From IMG/VR virus record IMGVR_UViG_3300006124_000002, positions 1-53,821 of that record: a DNA stretch of 53,821 nt, one strand, 5' to 3'. A program made the translations under genes and the position numbers. Shown in pieces: positions 27,316 to 36,273 of the stretch (the stretch's first letter is position 1; every line of letters begins with the position of its first letter). The notes beneath the pieces were generated by a model. That model was not told the origin of the DNA and did not search any database. It worked only from the letters and a program-made list of their open reading frames with translations. Origin of the DNA: a virus (taxonomy: Duplodnaviria; Caudoviricetes).

Positions 27316-29923
27316 TTTCTTGCCCGATGCCGGGATTTTGCGTGGTTACTTGTTCTTGTTGTGCAATAGCGGCTTGCTGTGCCGCCATGTCTTGAGCGTT
27401 CATCTGCTGTTGCTGATCAAGCTCCTGTTCATGTTGATCCTGCATGGCTTGCATATTGTGTGAAGCCTTTGCCCTGTGAATCTGAATATCGTTTGCGGCT
27501 TTTGCCCTCTTGGTTGCAAGGTCAGTTGATGCTTTCTCCATTGCATTGACATTATGAAGTTGGGCTTTCTGTGCCATTGCCGCCAGCTTGATGTTTTCCT
27601 TCTTCTGTAATGTGTCGGTAATGATTGCTTCCTTGGCAACAAGTGCTTGCAACTTGATCGTGTGAGGATCTTTATCTCCACCTTGACCCTGCTGTTGCTG
27701 ATTGGCTTTCTCAATCTGTGCAAGCTGGCTACCAAGCTCATCAACTCCACGCTGAAGCTGTTGCATCTGCTGACCAAACTGTTGAGCAATTTGCTTCTTG
27801 GTAGGATCTTTCTGGATGAATCCAAGGTGAGCAACAAGATGTGGCCCCTTGAAGCGCATGAGGCAAGCGTAGATGTCCTTGATAAGCTCCACAGCTTCCT
27901 CGGATACTCCTTGTGCGGCTTGCCCACGGGTTGGTGCTTGAGGATTAACGCCGGCACTTTGAAGGGCCGCTTGAGCCTCCTGCATTGATACGGCGGCATC
28001 TTGGATGTGACCCTTAAAGTGTTCCACATGGTTCTGATCTGGATACACCCTAAAGTTTGCGGCGTTTCCTTTTGGATCAGTCATACCAATGTTTTCCATT
28101 GAGATGATTCCTTGTTCGTCTGGAATATCAACCTTGGTGTGTTGGAAATAACGGGTGACATTTTGGCGACCATTGAGTGCGGCAATCGCATCTTCAATGG
28201 CGTTGGCTTGACCATCATTCATTGGTGTCATGCCCGTGAGAGAAACAGTCTGCTGTGCCGCCATCAGCTTGTAGGACGGGCTACCAGAACCAGCAAGCAT
28301 ATTGGACTCAAGATTCTCAATGTTTTCCCACTTCCATGCTTCTTTTGGAACTCCATTTTCATCCATGAACTCCACAAAACGCTGTTTGAGTTTATAACCA
28401 TATCCACCTTTTGTGGTACGGCTCATGCGTTTGTACAGGAGTTTAAGCCAACGGGTTTGATTATCATTGAAGCGGCGAATCTGTGTGCCTTGAAGTTTGG
28501 CACTTTCAGCCGCATCAAGTTGTGCTTCTCCTTTTGTCCTTTGCTTTCCACCCTTATTTGCCATTCCAATGTTGTAAGCACCAATTCCACGATAGAGATC
28601 GGATTGGTAGAATTGAATGCCAGAAAGAACCTCATTGAATGGTATGTTTACATTAACTTGAACAGGATCAACATCTTGTGGCAAGATAAGCATTGGCGAC
28701 CATTCCATTTGCTTCAGCTTTTTGGTTGCTTCAGCAGAACCACCCTTGAACATTAACCGGGTATTCCAATCAACAGCATCCATGAAACGGTTCATATGGA
28801 TGTCGTATGCTCGGCATTGGATAAAAATAGCTTCAGCAAGACCTTGAATCTCATGCCAGATTCCAGATCCAGTTGAATCAGTCATGGGAGCAATAATGTC
28901 TTCCCAACCATCTTCATCCTTTTCTACCCAATCTTTCTTATAATAAAGGAATCCAGTTTGGTCACGATACTCTTCTTCCGTAAGATCCTTGCGTCCATTT
29001 TCTTTGTAACCAAGGACAAGCCCACCGTAATTCTGGAGGAGCATCATCTTGGAAATGCTTCCGTTGAACTCCATGATGTAAAGCTCATACAATTCAATGC
29101 GGAGCGTATATAATCGGGAAAGGTTCATGTTGCCGCTTGCCACATCCCTCAACCATTCGGTGTTGGTATATGTGTTGCGGTAGTTTGTGGTGAACATTCG
29201 GAGTGCATCCACACAAGCCCAAAAGTTCCAACCCATATCGGTTGCGTGTTGCTGTGCTTTTTCTGGATCTTCTTCTCCACCCGTAATCTTCAACCAGAAC
29301 TCAAGTGGCGTATAGCTACGCTTGATACACATTTCGCCAAGGTTGGTAAGATCGGCAAATGTCTTGTCTGGAATAAGAACATTGGAGTTATGGAAACTTT
29401 TTGTGGGCCACCCGTCCCGGTCTTCAGCAATCTCAAAACCTTTTCCATACAGGCTCATTTCCTCAACATCCAATTCAACATTGTAGTTGTAGGATGACCA
29501 AGATCGGAGCATTCGATCAAATCCAACGCCAATCAAATCACTCCAAATTTTCTTTTCGGTAGGATTTCCAATCTTGGTTGTAATGGTAGCGGCGGTATTG
29601 CGCTCCATCACCATGTCAACAAAGCTGGACTTTTGATTGTCCACAATGAACTTCATTTGACGGAACGGGACATTGCTTTGTCCCTGCATCTGCCTTGCCG
29701 CTACTTGGCTATAATCGGTAGGGGGGAAACCTTTGTAACATTTGTAGATGCGTCCCCACTTGCGCTCACGACCGGCATTATCAAGACGCAAGTTCCAACA
29801 AATTGTAAACGCATCATTGGCAGTTTGGACTCGGCTAGTAGGAGCAACGCCATTTGAGTTGATGGTATTGAAACCCCAACTTGAAACTCCCTCCCGATTA
29901 ACGATGCGTTTTGTTTTTGCCAT
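27308..29923 (-). CDS. Portal protein, 871 aa
   Basis: First large head gene; T..E...(AESAK) portal-type motif, DQNHVEHFKGH, and a long Q-rich helical C-terminal barrel. Confidence 0.75.
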   Translation of the reverse strand: MAKTKRIVNREGVSSWGFNTINSNGVAPTSRVQTANDAFTICWNLRLDNAGRERKWGRIYKCYKGFPPTDYSQVAARQMQGQSNVPFRQMKFIVDNQKSSFVDMVMERNTAATITTKIGNPTEKKIWSDLIGVGFDRMLRSWSSYNYNVELDVEEMSLYGKGFEIAEDRDGWPTKSFHNSNVLIPDKTFADLTNLGEMCIKRSYTPLEFWLKITGGEEDPEKAQQHATDMGWNFWACVDALRMFTTNYRNTYTNTEWLRDVASGNMNLSRLYTLRIELYELYIMEFNGSISKMMLLQNYGGLVLGYKENGRKDLTEEEYRDQTGFLYYKKDWVEKDEDGWEDIIAPMTDSTGSGIWHEIQGLAEAIFIQCRAYDIHMNRFMDAVDWNTRLMFKGGSAEATKKLKQMEWSPMLILPQDVDPVQVNVNIPFNEVLSGIQFYQSDLYRGIGAYNIGMANKGGKQRTKGEAQLDAAESAKLQGTQIRRFNDNQTRWLKLLYKRMSRTTKGGYGYKLKQRFVEFMDENGVPKEAWKWENIENLESNMLAGSGSPSYKLMAAQQTVSLTGMTPMNDGQANAIEDAIAALNGRQNVTRYFQHTKVDIPDEQGIISMENIGMTDPKGNAANFRVYPDQNHVEHFKGHIQDAAVSMQEAQAALQSAGVNPQAPTRGQAAQGVSEEAVELIKDIYACLMRFKGPHLVAHLGFIQKDPTKKQIAQQFGQQMQQLQRGVDELGSQLAQIEKANQQQQGQGGDKDPHTIKLQALVAKEAIITDTLQKKENIKLAAMAQKAQLHNVNAMEKASTDLATKRAKAANDIQIHRAKASHNMQAMQDQHEQELDQQQQMNAQDMAAQQAAIAQQEQVTTQNPGIGQENG

Positions 29924-29924
29924 T

Positions 29925-30368
29925 TTAGAGTTTCATTCTATTCAAATGCTCTCGATTTGTAAAAGTTTTTATTCTATGGCAATTTGCACATCGAACAACA
30001 CACTTTGCAATCTCGGTTAATGCCAAGTCCCAATTGTTGTATTGGGATACGCATCTGGTTTTTTTACCATTAACATGATCAAACTCAAGTGCATAAGCAT
30101 TTTCTTTATACCCACAATCTATGCAACCCAATGCCAACTTGTATTCATCAGATTTTTTTCGGAACTCTTCTCGTTTTTCTTTAGTGTATTTTTTGTAATA
30201 CTTTTGCCCATTTTTTTCGTAATTTTTACGACCATTTTTACGGCATTGTTCAATATTTTTGTGATAGTATTCTCTAGCTTTTTTGTTTTCTTTGTCTTTG
30301 TTTGCCCTTCTTTTTTCATTCCTGTTTTTGTTATACAGGGCAATTTGTTCAGGAGTTTTTTTTCTCAT
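29925..30368 (-). CDS. HNH homing endonuclease
   Basis: K/R-rich N-terminus, then GCIDCG...LEFDHV...KCVVRCANCHRIKT; AT-rich. Confidence 0.88.
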   Translation of the reverse strand: MRKKTPEQIALYNKNRNEKRRANKDKENKKAREYYHKNIEQCRKNGRKNYEKNGQKYYKKYTKEKREEFRKKSDEYKLALGCIDCGYKENAYALEFDHVNGKKTRCVSQYNNWDLALTEIAKCVVRCANCHRIKTFTNREHLNRMKL

Positions 30369-30754
30369 CCCAAAACTTGATTTAATGCCTGTCTTCTTTT
30401 TTGACACGCCGTGCAACCTTTTGCAGTTTGTTCAAGATTGCTATTCACTCCCAAACTTTGGGCAACCCTATCTCCCAAACTTGCAAAACTGTGTATCACA
30501 TTCGCAACTTTGTCTCCTGCTTCTTGCCAGCAGTATTGGCTAGGAATCCTACCGCAAATTTGTTGTTCGATCAAGTAATCTAAATTATCTGGCACAGCAA
30601 CATTGTTAATTGTCATGTCGCTTGCAACTTTTTGGGAGAACAATCTTCCATAAGTCATCTCCATTCCATTTACACGATAGCGGTTGCCTTTATCGTCGGA
30701 GTATTCGTACCAGAGTCCTTGTGGGATTGGGCCGTTACGGTCTTTTAATCGCAT
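30365..30754 (-). CDS. Hypothetical Cys-containing protein, 129 aa
   Basis: First gene of the virion arm; ends GCTACQKRRQALN. Confidence 0.7.
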   Translation of the reverse strand: MRLKDRNGPIPQGLWYEYSDDKGNRYRVNGMEMTYGRLFSQKVASDMTINNVAVPDNLDYLIEQQICGRIPSQYCWQEAGDKVANVIHSFASLGDRVAQSLGVNSNLEQTAKGCTACQKRRQALNQVLG

Positions 30755-30806
30755 AGTTGATGCAAATACTTGTCTTTGTTTCTAAAAGTTGTCAATACTT
30801 TTGGAC

Positions 30807-32732
30807 ATGGAATATAACGGATTTTCTTTAGAGCAACCAAAAGATACAAATTACGGAATACCAAATTTGATTCATGTTCCACAAATGTTTCGTGAGCTAA
30901 CGGCATATCGTTTGACTCGTGGAGAGTTTGGAAGACGTGAAAGAATCAAAAATGGTATTAAATTAGAACAATCTGGTTTGTTAAATCCTGCACAGCACAT
31001 GATCAATGCCTTCCAATTGATCTACGGCAATGATGTTTTGCTCCATTCTCAAGGAATACCCAACAATTATGCCATAGACATTATTGATTTGTTTTGTAAT
31101 GAGAACGATTGGGGCATTGCAGGGTGTGCAAGTAGTGGAAAAACCTTTTCAGTTGCCGCTTGCATTGTGATTGATTGGCTTTGCGCCCCCGATTGTACAT
31201 CCACATATGTTGCTTCTACCTCTTTGGACGCATCAGAAGACCGTCTTTGGGGTAAAGTATGTACGCTTTACCGTACAGCAATGAGGAATATTCAAGCCCA
31301 ATATGGTGCAAATCAGAGTATTGGAAACCTTGTAGAGTACCGTAGAATGATTGTTTTTGAGACAATTGACACCAAAGATACGGAACGAGACTATACAAAT
31401 GCTATTAAAGCATTGGCTTTTCCCAAGGGTGGTGAAGGAAAACGGTCTGTAGAAAATACACGGGGTAGAAAGAATGCCAGAATGCGGTTGTTTTTGGACG
31501 AATTGGCTGAAATGGATCTCTACGCATTGGATACCCGTGTCAACCTTGGTGCTAACCCCGATTTTATCTTTGGCGGCATGGCAAACCCAGCGGCTACCGC
31601 AAACAATCCCCATACGGAGCTATGTCAGCCCGATGATCCTATGGAATGGGATGCCGTAACCCGTTACACAAAGAAATGGAAGACTCGTACAGGAGTAGCA
31701 TTGCATCTTTCTGGAGAAGATAGTCCAAACTTCAAGGTTCCAGATGCTGAAATACCCCCATTTGATCGTTTCCTTACCGTCCAAGGAGAGGCCGCTACTT
31801 TAAAACGATGCTATGGCAATAAGAATGCCCTAGAATACTGGCGAAATGTCTATGGATGGTGGCCCGATTCTTCCGTAGAACTCACAATCTTCTCAAAACA
31901 GTTCATTCAAGCGTGTGATATTAATTGGGAACCCGTATGGAGTAACAGAACACGGGTAGTTTGCGGCTTTGACCCTGCATTTACGGCAGGAGGAAACAGA
32001 TGTGCGGCTACATTTTGCCGATTTGGGCCAAATGATACCGGGAGAAACCTTGGATTCTACCTTGGAACCCGTGAATATACCTCATCTGTGGGTGATGTTT
32101 TTGAGGAAAGCATTGCAATGCAGTTGGTTAAAGATTGTTTGGAATATGGAGTCCATCCAAGGGACTTTGGATTGGATATTTCGGGTGATGGCGGCAAGAT
32201 GATGAGGGCAATTATCATCGAATGGAGTAAGTTCCATCCAGAAGCCATGTTTGTATTCCCCATTTCCTCAATGGGAATGCCTACGGAAAGGAAAATCAGC
32301 AATCTGGATAAGCGAACTTGTAAAGAAGCGTATGATCGGTTGGTTACGGAGTACTGGTTTGCCGTCCATACGGCCCTGTCTACACGCTCTTTGGTTGGTA
32401 TTGATGTAGAGAAGCACTCTCAAGTAGTAAACGAGTTGTGTAGCCGTCTGTACTACCACAAGGGAAGGAAGGTTGCCGTGGAAAAGAAGCTGGATATGAA
32501 GCATAGGTTGAAGAAATCTCCCGATTTGGCTGACTCTTTGACCTATGCCGTCCAGATGCTTCGCCGGGCAGGACTAGAGTTTTCGTTTGAGGAGGAGTCA
32601 GAATCTTTGGACATCCAAGAAATCAGCGATTGGGAGAACCGATTGATCCATTCCAAAAACAACACCCAAGAAAAACTTGAGGATGATGAATGGGGATATG
32701 GTGGCAAGGGTTGTGATGAGGACGGCTTCTAG
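30807..32732 (+). CDS. terL: Terminase large subunit
   Basis: Walker A GCASSGKT, Walker B LFLDELAE, motif C MANP, nuclease CGFDPA and KSPDLADSL. Confidence 0.9.
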   Translation: MEYNGFSLEQPKDTNYGIPNLIHVPQMFRELTAYRLTRGEFGRRERIKNGIKLEQSGLLNPAQHMINAFQLIYGNDVLLHSQGIPNNYAIDIIDLFCNENDWGIAGCASSGKTFSVAACIVIDWLCAPDCTSTYVASTSLDASEDRLWGKVCTLYRTAMRNIQAQYGANQSIGNLVEYRRMIVFETIDTKDTERDYTNAIKALAFPKGGEGKRSVENTRGRKNARMRLFLDELAEMDLYALDTRVNLGANPDFIFGGMANPAATANNPHTELCQPDDPMEWDAVTRYTKKWKTRTGVALHLSGEDSPNFKVPDAEIPPFDRFLTVQGEAATLKRCYGNKNALEYWRNVYGWWPDSSVELTIFSKQFIQACDINWEPVWSNRTRVVCGFDPAFTAGGNRCAATFCRFGPNDTGRNLGFYLGTREYTSSVGDVFEESIAMQLVKDCLEYGVHPRDFGLDISGDGGKMMRAIIIEWSKFHPEAMFVFPISSMGMPTERKISNLDKRTCKEAYDRLVTEYWFAVHTALSTRSLVGIDVEKHSQVVNELCSRLYYHKGRKVAVEKKLDMKHRLKKSPDLADSLTYAVQMLRRAGLEFSFEEESESLDIQEISDWENRLIHSKNNTQEKLEDDEWGYGGKGCDEDGF

Positions 32733-32737
32733 GAAAC

Positions 32738-32779
32738 ACGGGGCGTGAGATAGCTTGCATTGGCAGAGGCCCGCCCCGT
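32738..32779 (-). ncRNA. Small structured motif 3' of tRNA-Trp (core GCCTCTGCC-N-GCAAGC)
   Basis: 8-bp outer stem ACGGGGCG/CGCCCCGT enclosing a core that recurs at 36966-36985. Confidence 0.45.
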
Positions 32780-32788
32780 CTCCTAAAA

Positions 32789-32865
32789 TGGCACAGCCTG
32801 TTGGAATCGAACCAACCCAGTCGGATTTGGAGTCCAACTCGCCCATCCTTGGAACATGAGACTGC
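32789..32865 (-). tRNA. trnW: tRNA-Trp (CCA)
   Basis: Acceptor GCAGTCT/AGGCTGT, anticodon arm TTGGA-CTCCAAA-TCCGA, T arm GTTGG-TTCGATT-CCAAC, G73, encoded CCA. Confidence 0.88.
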
Positions 32866-32871
32866 GATAAA

Positions 32872-32909
32872 AATTTATTGTTGACGCATGGATTCGTCAA
32901 TGCCAAAGT
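32872..32909. promoter_or_regulatory. Overlapping divergent promoters on a TTGACG...CGTCAA palindrome
   Basis: Minus strand: TTGACG-17-TAAATT ahead of tRNA-Trp. Plus strand: TTGACG-17-CAAAGT ahead of the 32913 RNA. Confidence 0.55.
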
Positions 32910-32912
32910 CAC

Positions 32913-33096
32913 TTCATTCTGAATGGTGACGCATTCTGACAAGACTTTCCTCACAACAAAAGAAAGCCCCGCTGTAGTGCGTCACCACTCGGCGGGGCTT
33001 GTCCGTTATAGCAAGTGAGGATGGATGTGAATGCGTACCACATGATCCAATAACTCGGCTCTGGAGAACCAAAACTCCTTACCCGACGAGAATGAA
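32913..33096 (+). ncRNA. Candidate ~185-nt structured RNA with loop-loop complementarity
   Basis: Closing stem TTCATTCT/AGAATGAA; internal stems GAATG/CATTC, CCTCAC/GTGAGG, AAGCCCCGC/GCGGGGCTT, ATGTG/CACAT, GGAG/CTCC. Confidence 0.55.
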
Positions 33097-33224
33097 AAGA
33101 AGCGAACAGCATCCAGCATAGCGGGGTGTTGTGGTTTCTTTTCCTTACTCTTTCCTTTCCCGCTATGGAGTGGGGGGTAATGGGGGGTGTTTCCTTTCTC
33201 CTTCGGTTTTCTTTAGCGTTAAGA

Positions 33225-33253
33225 TTGACCAGTTAATAAAACACAGGCATAAT
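33225..33253 (+). promoter_or_regulatory. Sigma70 promoter of the pentein gene (near-leaderless mRNA)
   Basis: TTGACC-17-CATAAT, ending 10 nt before the ATG at 33264. Confidence 0.65.
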
Positions 33254-33263
33254 TTTAACACTT

Positions 33264-34232
33264 ATGGCGAAATTCACACCGCAAGATTACAAGAATGGAT
33301 CATCTATCCCATCTGTACTTGTGGGTGACTCATCTGTTGCCTCCCTTATCAAAGGCTCTTCTTCTGGTATTGCACCTAACCATACCGCAGGAGAACTCTA
33401 CAAAAGGAAACCACAATTCGTGATGTGTCCTCCAAAGTATCTTTCCACTCGCATTCCGAACAATGTGTTCATGAAAAATGAGAAGGTGGATACGGAAAGG
33501 GCAATGCGCCAGTATACCCGGATCAAAAGAAAAATCACCGCACTTGATGTTCAAGTGTTGGAAATCCCCCCGCAGAAAGATTGTCAAGATCAACACTACA
33601 CCGCCAACATTGGCATAGCCTTAAACCCATTCATTGTTCTCGCCAAGTTTTCCGCTGATGGCAGGACACAGGAAGAAGCTCCAGCAAAAAAGTTTTTTGA
33701 AGGACGAGGCTATACGGTGATCCAGCCCCCACACCCATTTGAGGGAGAAGCCGACCTCAAGAAATGGCAAGATGGGGTGTATTTCGGCGGTCATGGAAAG
33801 TTCAGCGATTGGAAAGCGCATGAATGGATCATGAAAAAAACGGGTGTTGAGATTATCCCAATCCGTGAAACATCCGATTCCCTTTACCATCTTGATTGCT
33901 CACTCTTCGTGATTGATAAGGAAAACTTTATGGTGTGCAAGGGAGGCATGGATCGAGAGTCATTCAAGCGTCTTGAAAAGGTTGCCAACATCATTGTGGT
34001 TCCAGAGGATGTCATGGCTACAGGAGCAACCAACTTGGTCAAAATCCCAGGCAATAAGAAGATCATGTTGTCTGGTATGTTCCAGCCAGAGTTCCCCAAC
34101 TATAGAAAAGGAATGGAGTGGATGTTGACAACTATGGATAAGTTTGGCTATTCCATCATTTTCTGTGACATTGATGAAGCCGACAAATCCGGGGCCGACA
34201 TATCCTGTATGGTCATGCATTTGGATTTTTAG
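33264..34232 (+). CDS. Pentein superfamily enzyme (amidinotransferase / dimethylargininase / arginine dihydrolase-like), 322 aa
   Basis: MCPP..., DQHYTAN, FEGEAD, YHLDC and C-terminal KSGADISC; the catalytic Glu/His/Cys residues appear intact. Confidence 0.85.
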   Translation: MAKFTPQDYKNGSSIPSVLVGDSSVASLIKGSSSGIAPNHTAGELYKRKPQFVMCPPKYLSTRIPNNVFMKNEKVDTERAMRQYTRIKRKITALDVQVLEIPPQKDCQDQHYTANIGIALNPFIVLAKFSADGRTQEEAPAKKFFEGRGYTVIQPPHPFEGEADLKKWQDGVYFGGHGKFSDWKAHEWIMKKTGVEIIPIRETSDSLYHLDCSLFVIDKENFMVCKGGMDRESFKRLEKVANIIVVPEDVMATGATNLVKIPGNKKIMLSGMFQPEFPNYRKGMEWMLTTMDKFGYSIIFCDIDEADKSGADISCMVMHLDF

Positions 34233-34236
34233 ATCC

Positions 34237-34407
34237 ATGAACAATTTCCTCAAATGGTTAATTGGGGGAATTGCTTATCTTAACGGGAACTGTCCCGAAT
34301 GTTGGAAAGAAATGAATACTTGTCATGGTGATCCTTGCCACGTATGCCGTGTCGGTGGAATTTTCCCGCCCAAAGACATCTGGCGTAGATTTATACAATC
34401 AAAATAA
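34237..34407 (+). CDS. Small Cys-rich (zinc-binding) protein
   Basis: CPEC...C...CHVC. Confidence 0.55.
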   Translation: MNNFLKWLIGGIAYLNGNCPECWKEMNTCHGDPCHVCRVGGIFPPKDIWRRFIQSK

Positions 34408-34413
34408 AAACCC

Positions 34414-34731
34414 ATGACACCAGAACAAGATGCCCATGAAATTTGGAACAAAGCATCAGAAGCTGGTTTAGAAAAATACTTTGCTGGAAGCAGGGAACAC
34501 AGAACCCAATTTTGGACTGCTGGTGCAGGATGGTATGCCAAGAACCTAAAGGACGAGCAATTAGATCTTGTCAGTTACCTTCACCATCTTACCAACAGGA
34601 TTGAATCCATCCAGTTCCTTGCCCAAATGATGGAGGAAGACAATGTGTCGTTGAGAGATGCGGCAACAATCCTAAAGGAACTTGTTTCCGATAGATCACC
34701 AAAAGACATTCCCCATCAATCCAATGACTAA
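34414..34731 (+). CDS. All-alpha nucleotide pyrophosphohydrolase-like (MazG-like) protein
   Basis: GLEKY..G...LKDEQLDLVSYL resembles the GxxKY...EExxD..xYL pattern. Confidence 0.45.
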   Translation: MTPEQDAHEIWNKASEAGLEKYFAGSREHRTQFWTAGAGWYAKNLKDEQLDLVSYLHHLTNRIESIQFLAQMMEEDNVSLRDAATILKELVSDRSPKDIPHQSND

Positions 34732-35527
34732 AAAACCCATTGTCGGGGCAATTGTTGCATCCGATCTCCATTGCGGATCTACCGTTGGTCTATGGCCCGA
34801 CGGCTTTGAAACCAAAAGCGGCAACAAGGTTGGTCTTGGAAACAACCTTCACCAACAATGGTTATGGCAATGTTGGCAGGACTCCACGGAAAAGGCACTC
34901 AAGCACTTTGGTAAAGACCCGTTTGCCTTGTTCCTTAACGGCGATCTTCTTGAGGGACGGCATCATGGTACTGATCAAATCGTTGCCGCTGATTGTCTCG
35001 ATCATTCCAATGCGGCAATCCAATGTCTCCAACCTCTGGTTAAATCCGCATCTGTCATTTACCTTACCGCTGGTACGGAATGCCATGTCAAAGATTGGGA
35101 ACAGTATATTGCCAAACAAATTCATGGAAAGTGGTGTGGTGACAAAGCACTCATCGAAATCCACGGAACTCTCATTGACATGGCCCACCATATGCCAACG
35201 AGTTCTAGGGCATACCTAGAAGCAGGAGCAATGTCTATAACAATGGGCAACGCCCGTCAGAATTACTCCCGTGTCGGGCATAGGGTTCCAAAAGTTTATT
35301 TACGAGGCCATCGCCACACGGGGGGAATCTTTAACGATGGATCTGGAATCTTCATGGTCACACCAGCATGGCAACTACTGACCCGCTATGCCCACAAAGT
35401 TGTGGGGGATTCCATATGCCGTCCCGGTATTGGCATCCTAGATTGGCGTGGATGTGACCAAGGAGAATTACCAGCAACCAAACTAATCCAACATGAACCG
35501 AAAGAAACTAGACCCATCAGAAGCTGA
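34724..35527 (+). CDS. Calcineurin-like metallophosphoesterase
   Basis: SDLHCG, NGDLLEG, GTECH, AHH and GHRH motifs. Confidence 0.8.
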   Translation: MTKKPIVGAIVASDLHCGSTVGLWPDGFETKSGNKVGLGNNLHQQWLWQCWQDSTEKALKHFGKDPFALFLNGDLLEGRHHGTDQIVAADCLDHSNAAIQCLQPLVKSASVIYLTAGTECHVKDWEQYIAKQIHGKWCGDKALIEIHGTLIDMAHHMPTSSRAYLEAGAMSITMGNARQNYSRVGHRVPKVYLRGHRHTGGIFNDGSGIFMVTPAWQLLTRYAHKVVGDSICRPGIGILDWRGCDQGELPATKLIQHEPKETRPIRS

Positions 35528-35786
35528 ACTACGCCAGAGTGCCATTGAATCAATCAAGGCAATCTTGACAATCCCAACGGAAGAAGAAATTGGAATAGGT
35601 GATTGGGTATCGGTAAACCAATTGGTCAAAGAATTTAAATTAAGCCGGGACATTATTGCCAAAAGATTGGATCGTAGGGTTGCGGCTGGCGAGATGGAAA
35701 TGAAGAAAGAATCCTGTTTGTCCAAGGGAAAAGTATGCGTCATGAACTTCTATCGCATGGCAAATGAAATTACCCGCCCGTATTAA
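35493..35786 (+). CDS. Putative winged-HTH protein, 97 aa
   Basis: WVSVNQLVKEFKLSRDIIAKRLDRRVAAGEM helix-turn-helix-wing pattern. Confidence 0.5.
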   Translation: MNRKKLDPSEAELRQSAIESIKAILTIPTEEEIGIGDWVSVNQLVKEFKLSRDIIAKRLDRRVAAGEMEMKKESCLSKGKVCVMNFYRMANEITRPY

Positions 35787-36015
35787 GATAGAAGATAGAA
35801 AATTGGGGAGGGAGCGCAATGACGGGCAAGCTACCTTTGCCGACAAAAAGATAGAAATAGATCCACGCCTCTCAACCAAAAAAAGGTTGAATATCGTTCT
35901 CCATGAAGGGATACACATCCTTGACCCTAACTTTCCAGAATTGAAAGTAAGAGCCTACGCCAACCGGCTCTCCGATCTGCTCTGGCGAGACAGGTGGAGA
36001 AGGCTGGAGAAATGA
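35764..36015 (+). CDS. Mini zincin (HExxH) protein, 83 aa
   Basis: IEIDPRL...VLHEGIH...E. Confidence 0.6.
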   Translation: MKLPARIKIEDRKLGRERNDGQATFADKKIEIDPRLSTKKRLNIVLHEGIHILDPNFPELKVRAYANRLSDLLWRDRWRRLEK

Positions 36016-36216
36016 TTATGTGTATTGCACCAATTGCCCTTGATGATGAGCAAGGAGTTGGAGTATTGCCTTTCCTTCCGCAGTAACGATATGACCGCTA
36101 CCTTGGCACTTCCAGCATGGTTCTCCACTTCCCTCATCGTACCAGTTACGACCCGTGCCTCCGCACTCATCGCAACTTTTCTCTAGGGCATTTGATGTAT
36201 TGAATAGTGCATTCAT
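36016..36216 (-). CDS. Anti-TRAP (RtpA)-like DnaJ-type zinc-finger protein, 66 aa
   Basis: LEKSCDECGGTG...GEPCWKCQGSGHIVTAEGKAILQLLAHH parallels the B. subtilis anti-TRAP layout (two CxxCxGxG motifs plus a TxxG helix); GGAG upstream. Confidence 0.65.
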   Translation of the reverse strand: MNALFNTSNALEKSCDECGGTGRNWYDEGSGEPCWKCQGSGHIVTAEGKAILQLLAHHQGQLVQYT

Positions 36217-36273
36217 ACAAATCTCCAACTAGCAGATTTTTTATTTTCCCGCAATACCTTTTTTATTTTCTAA

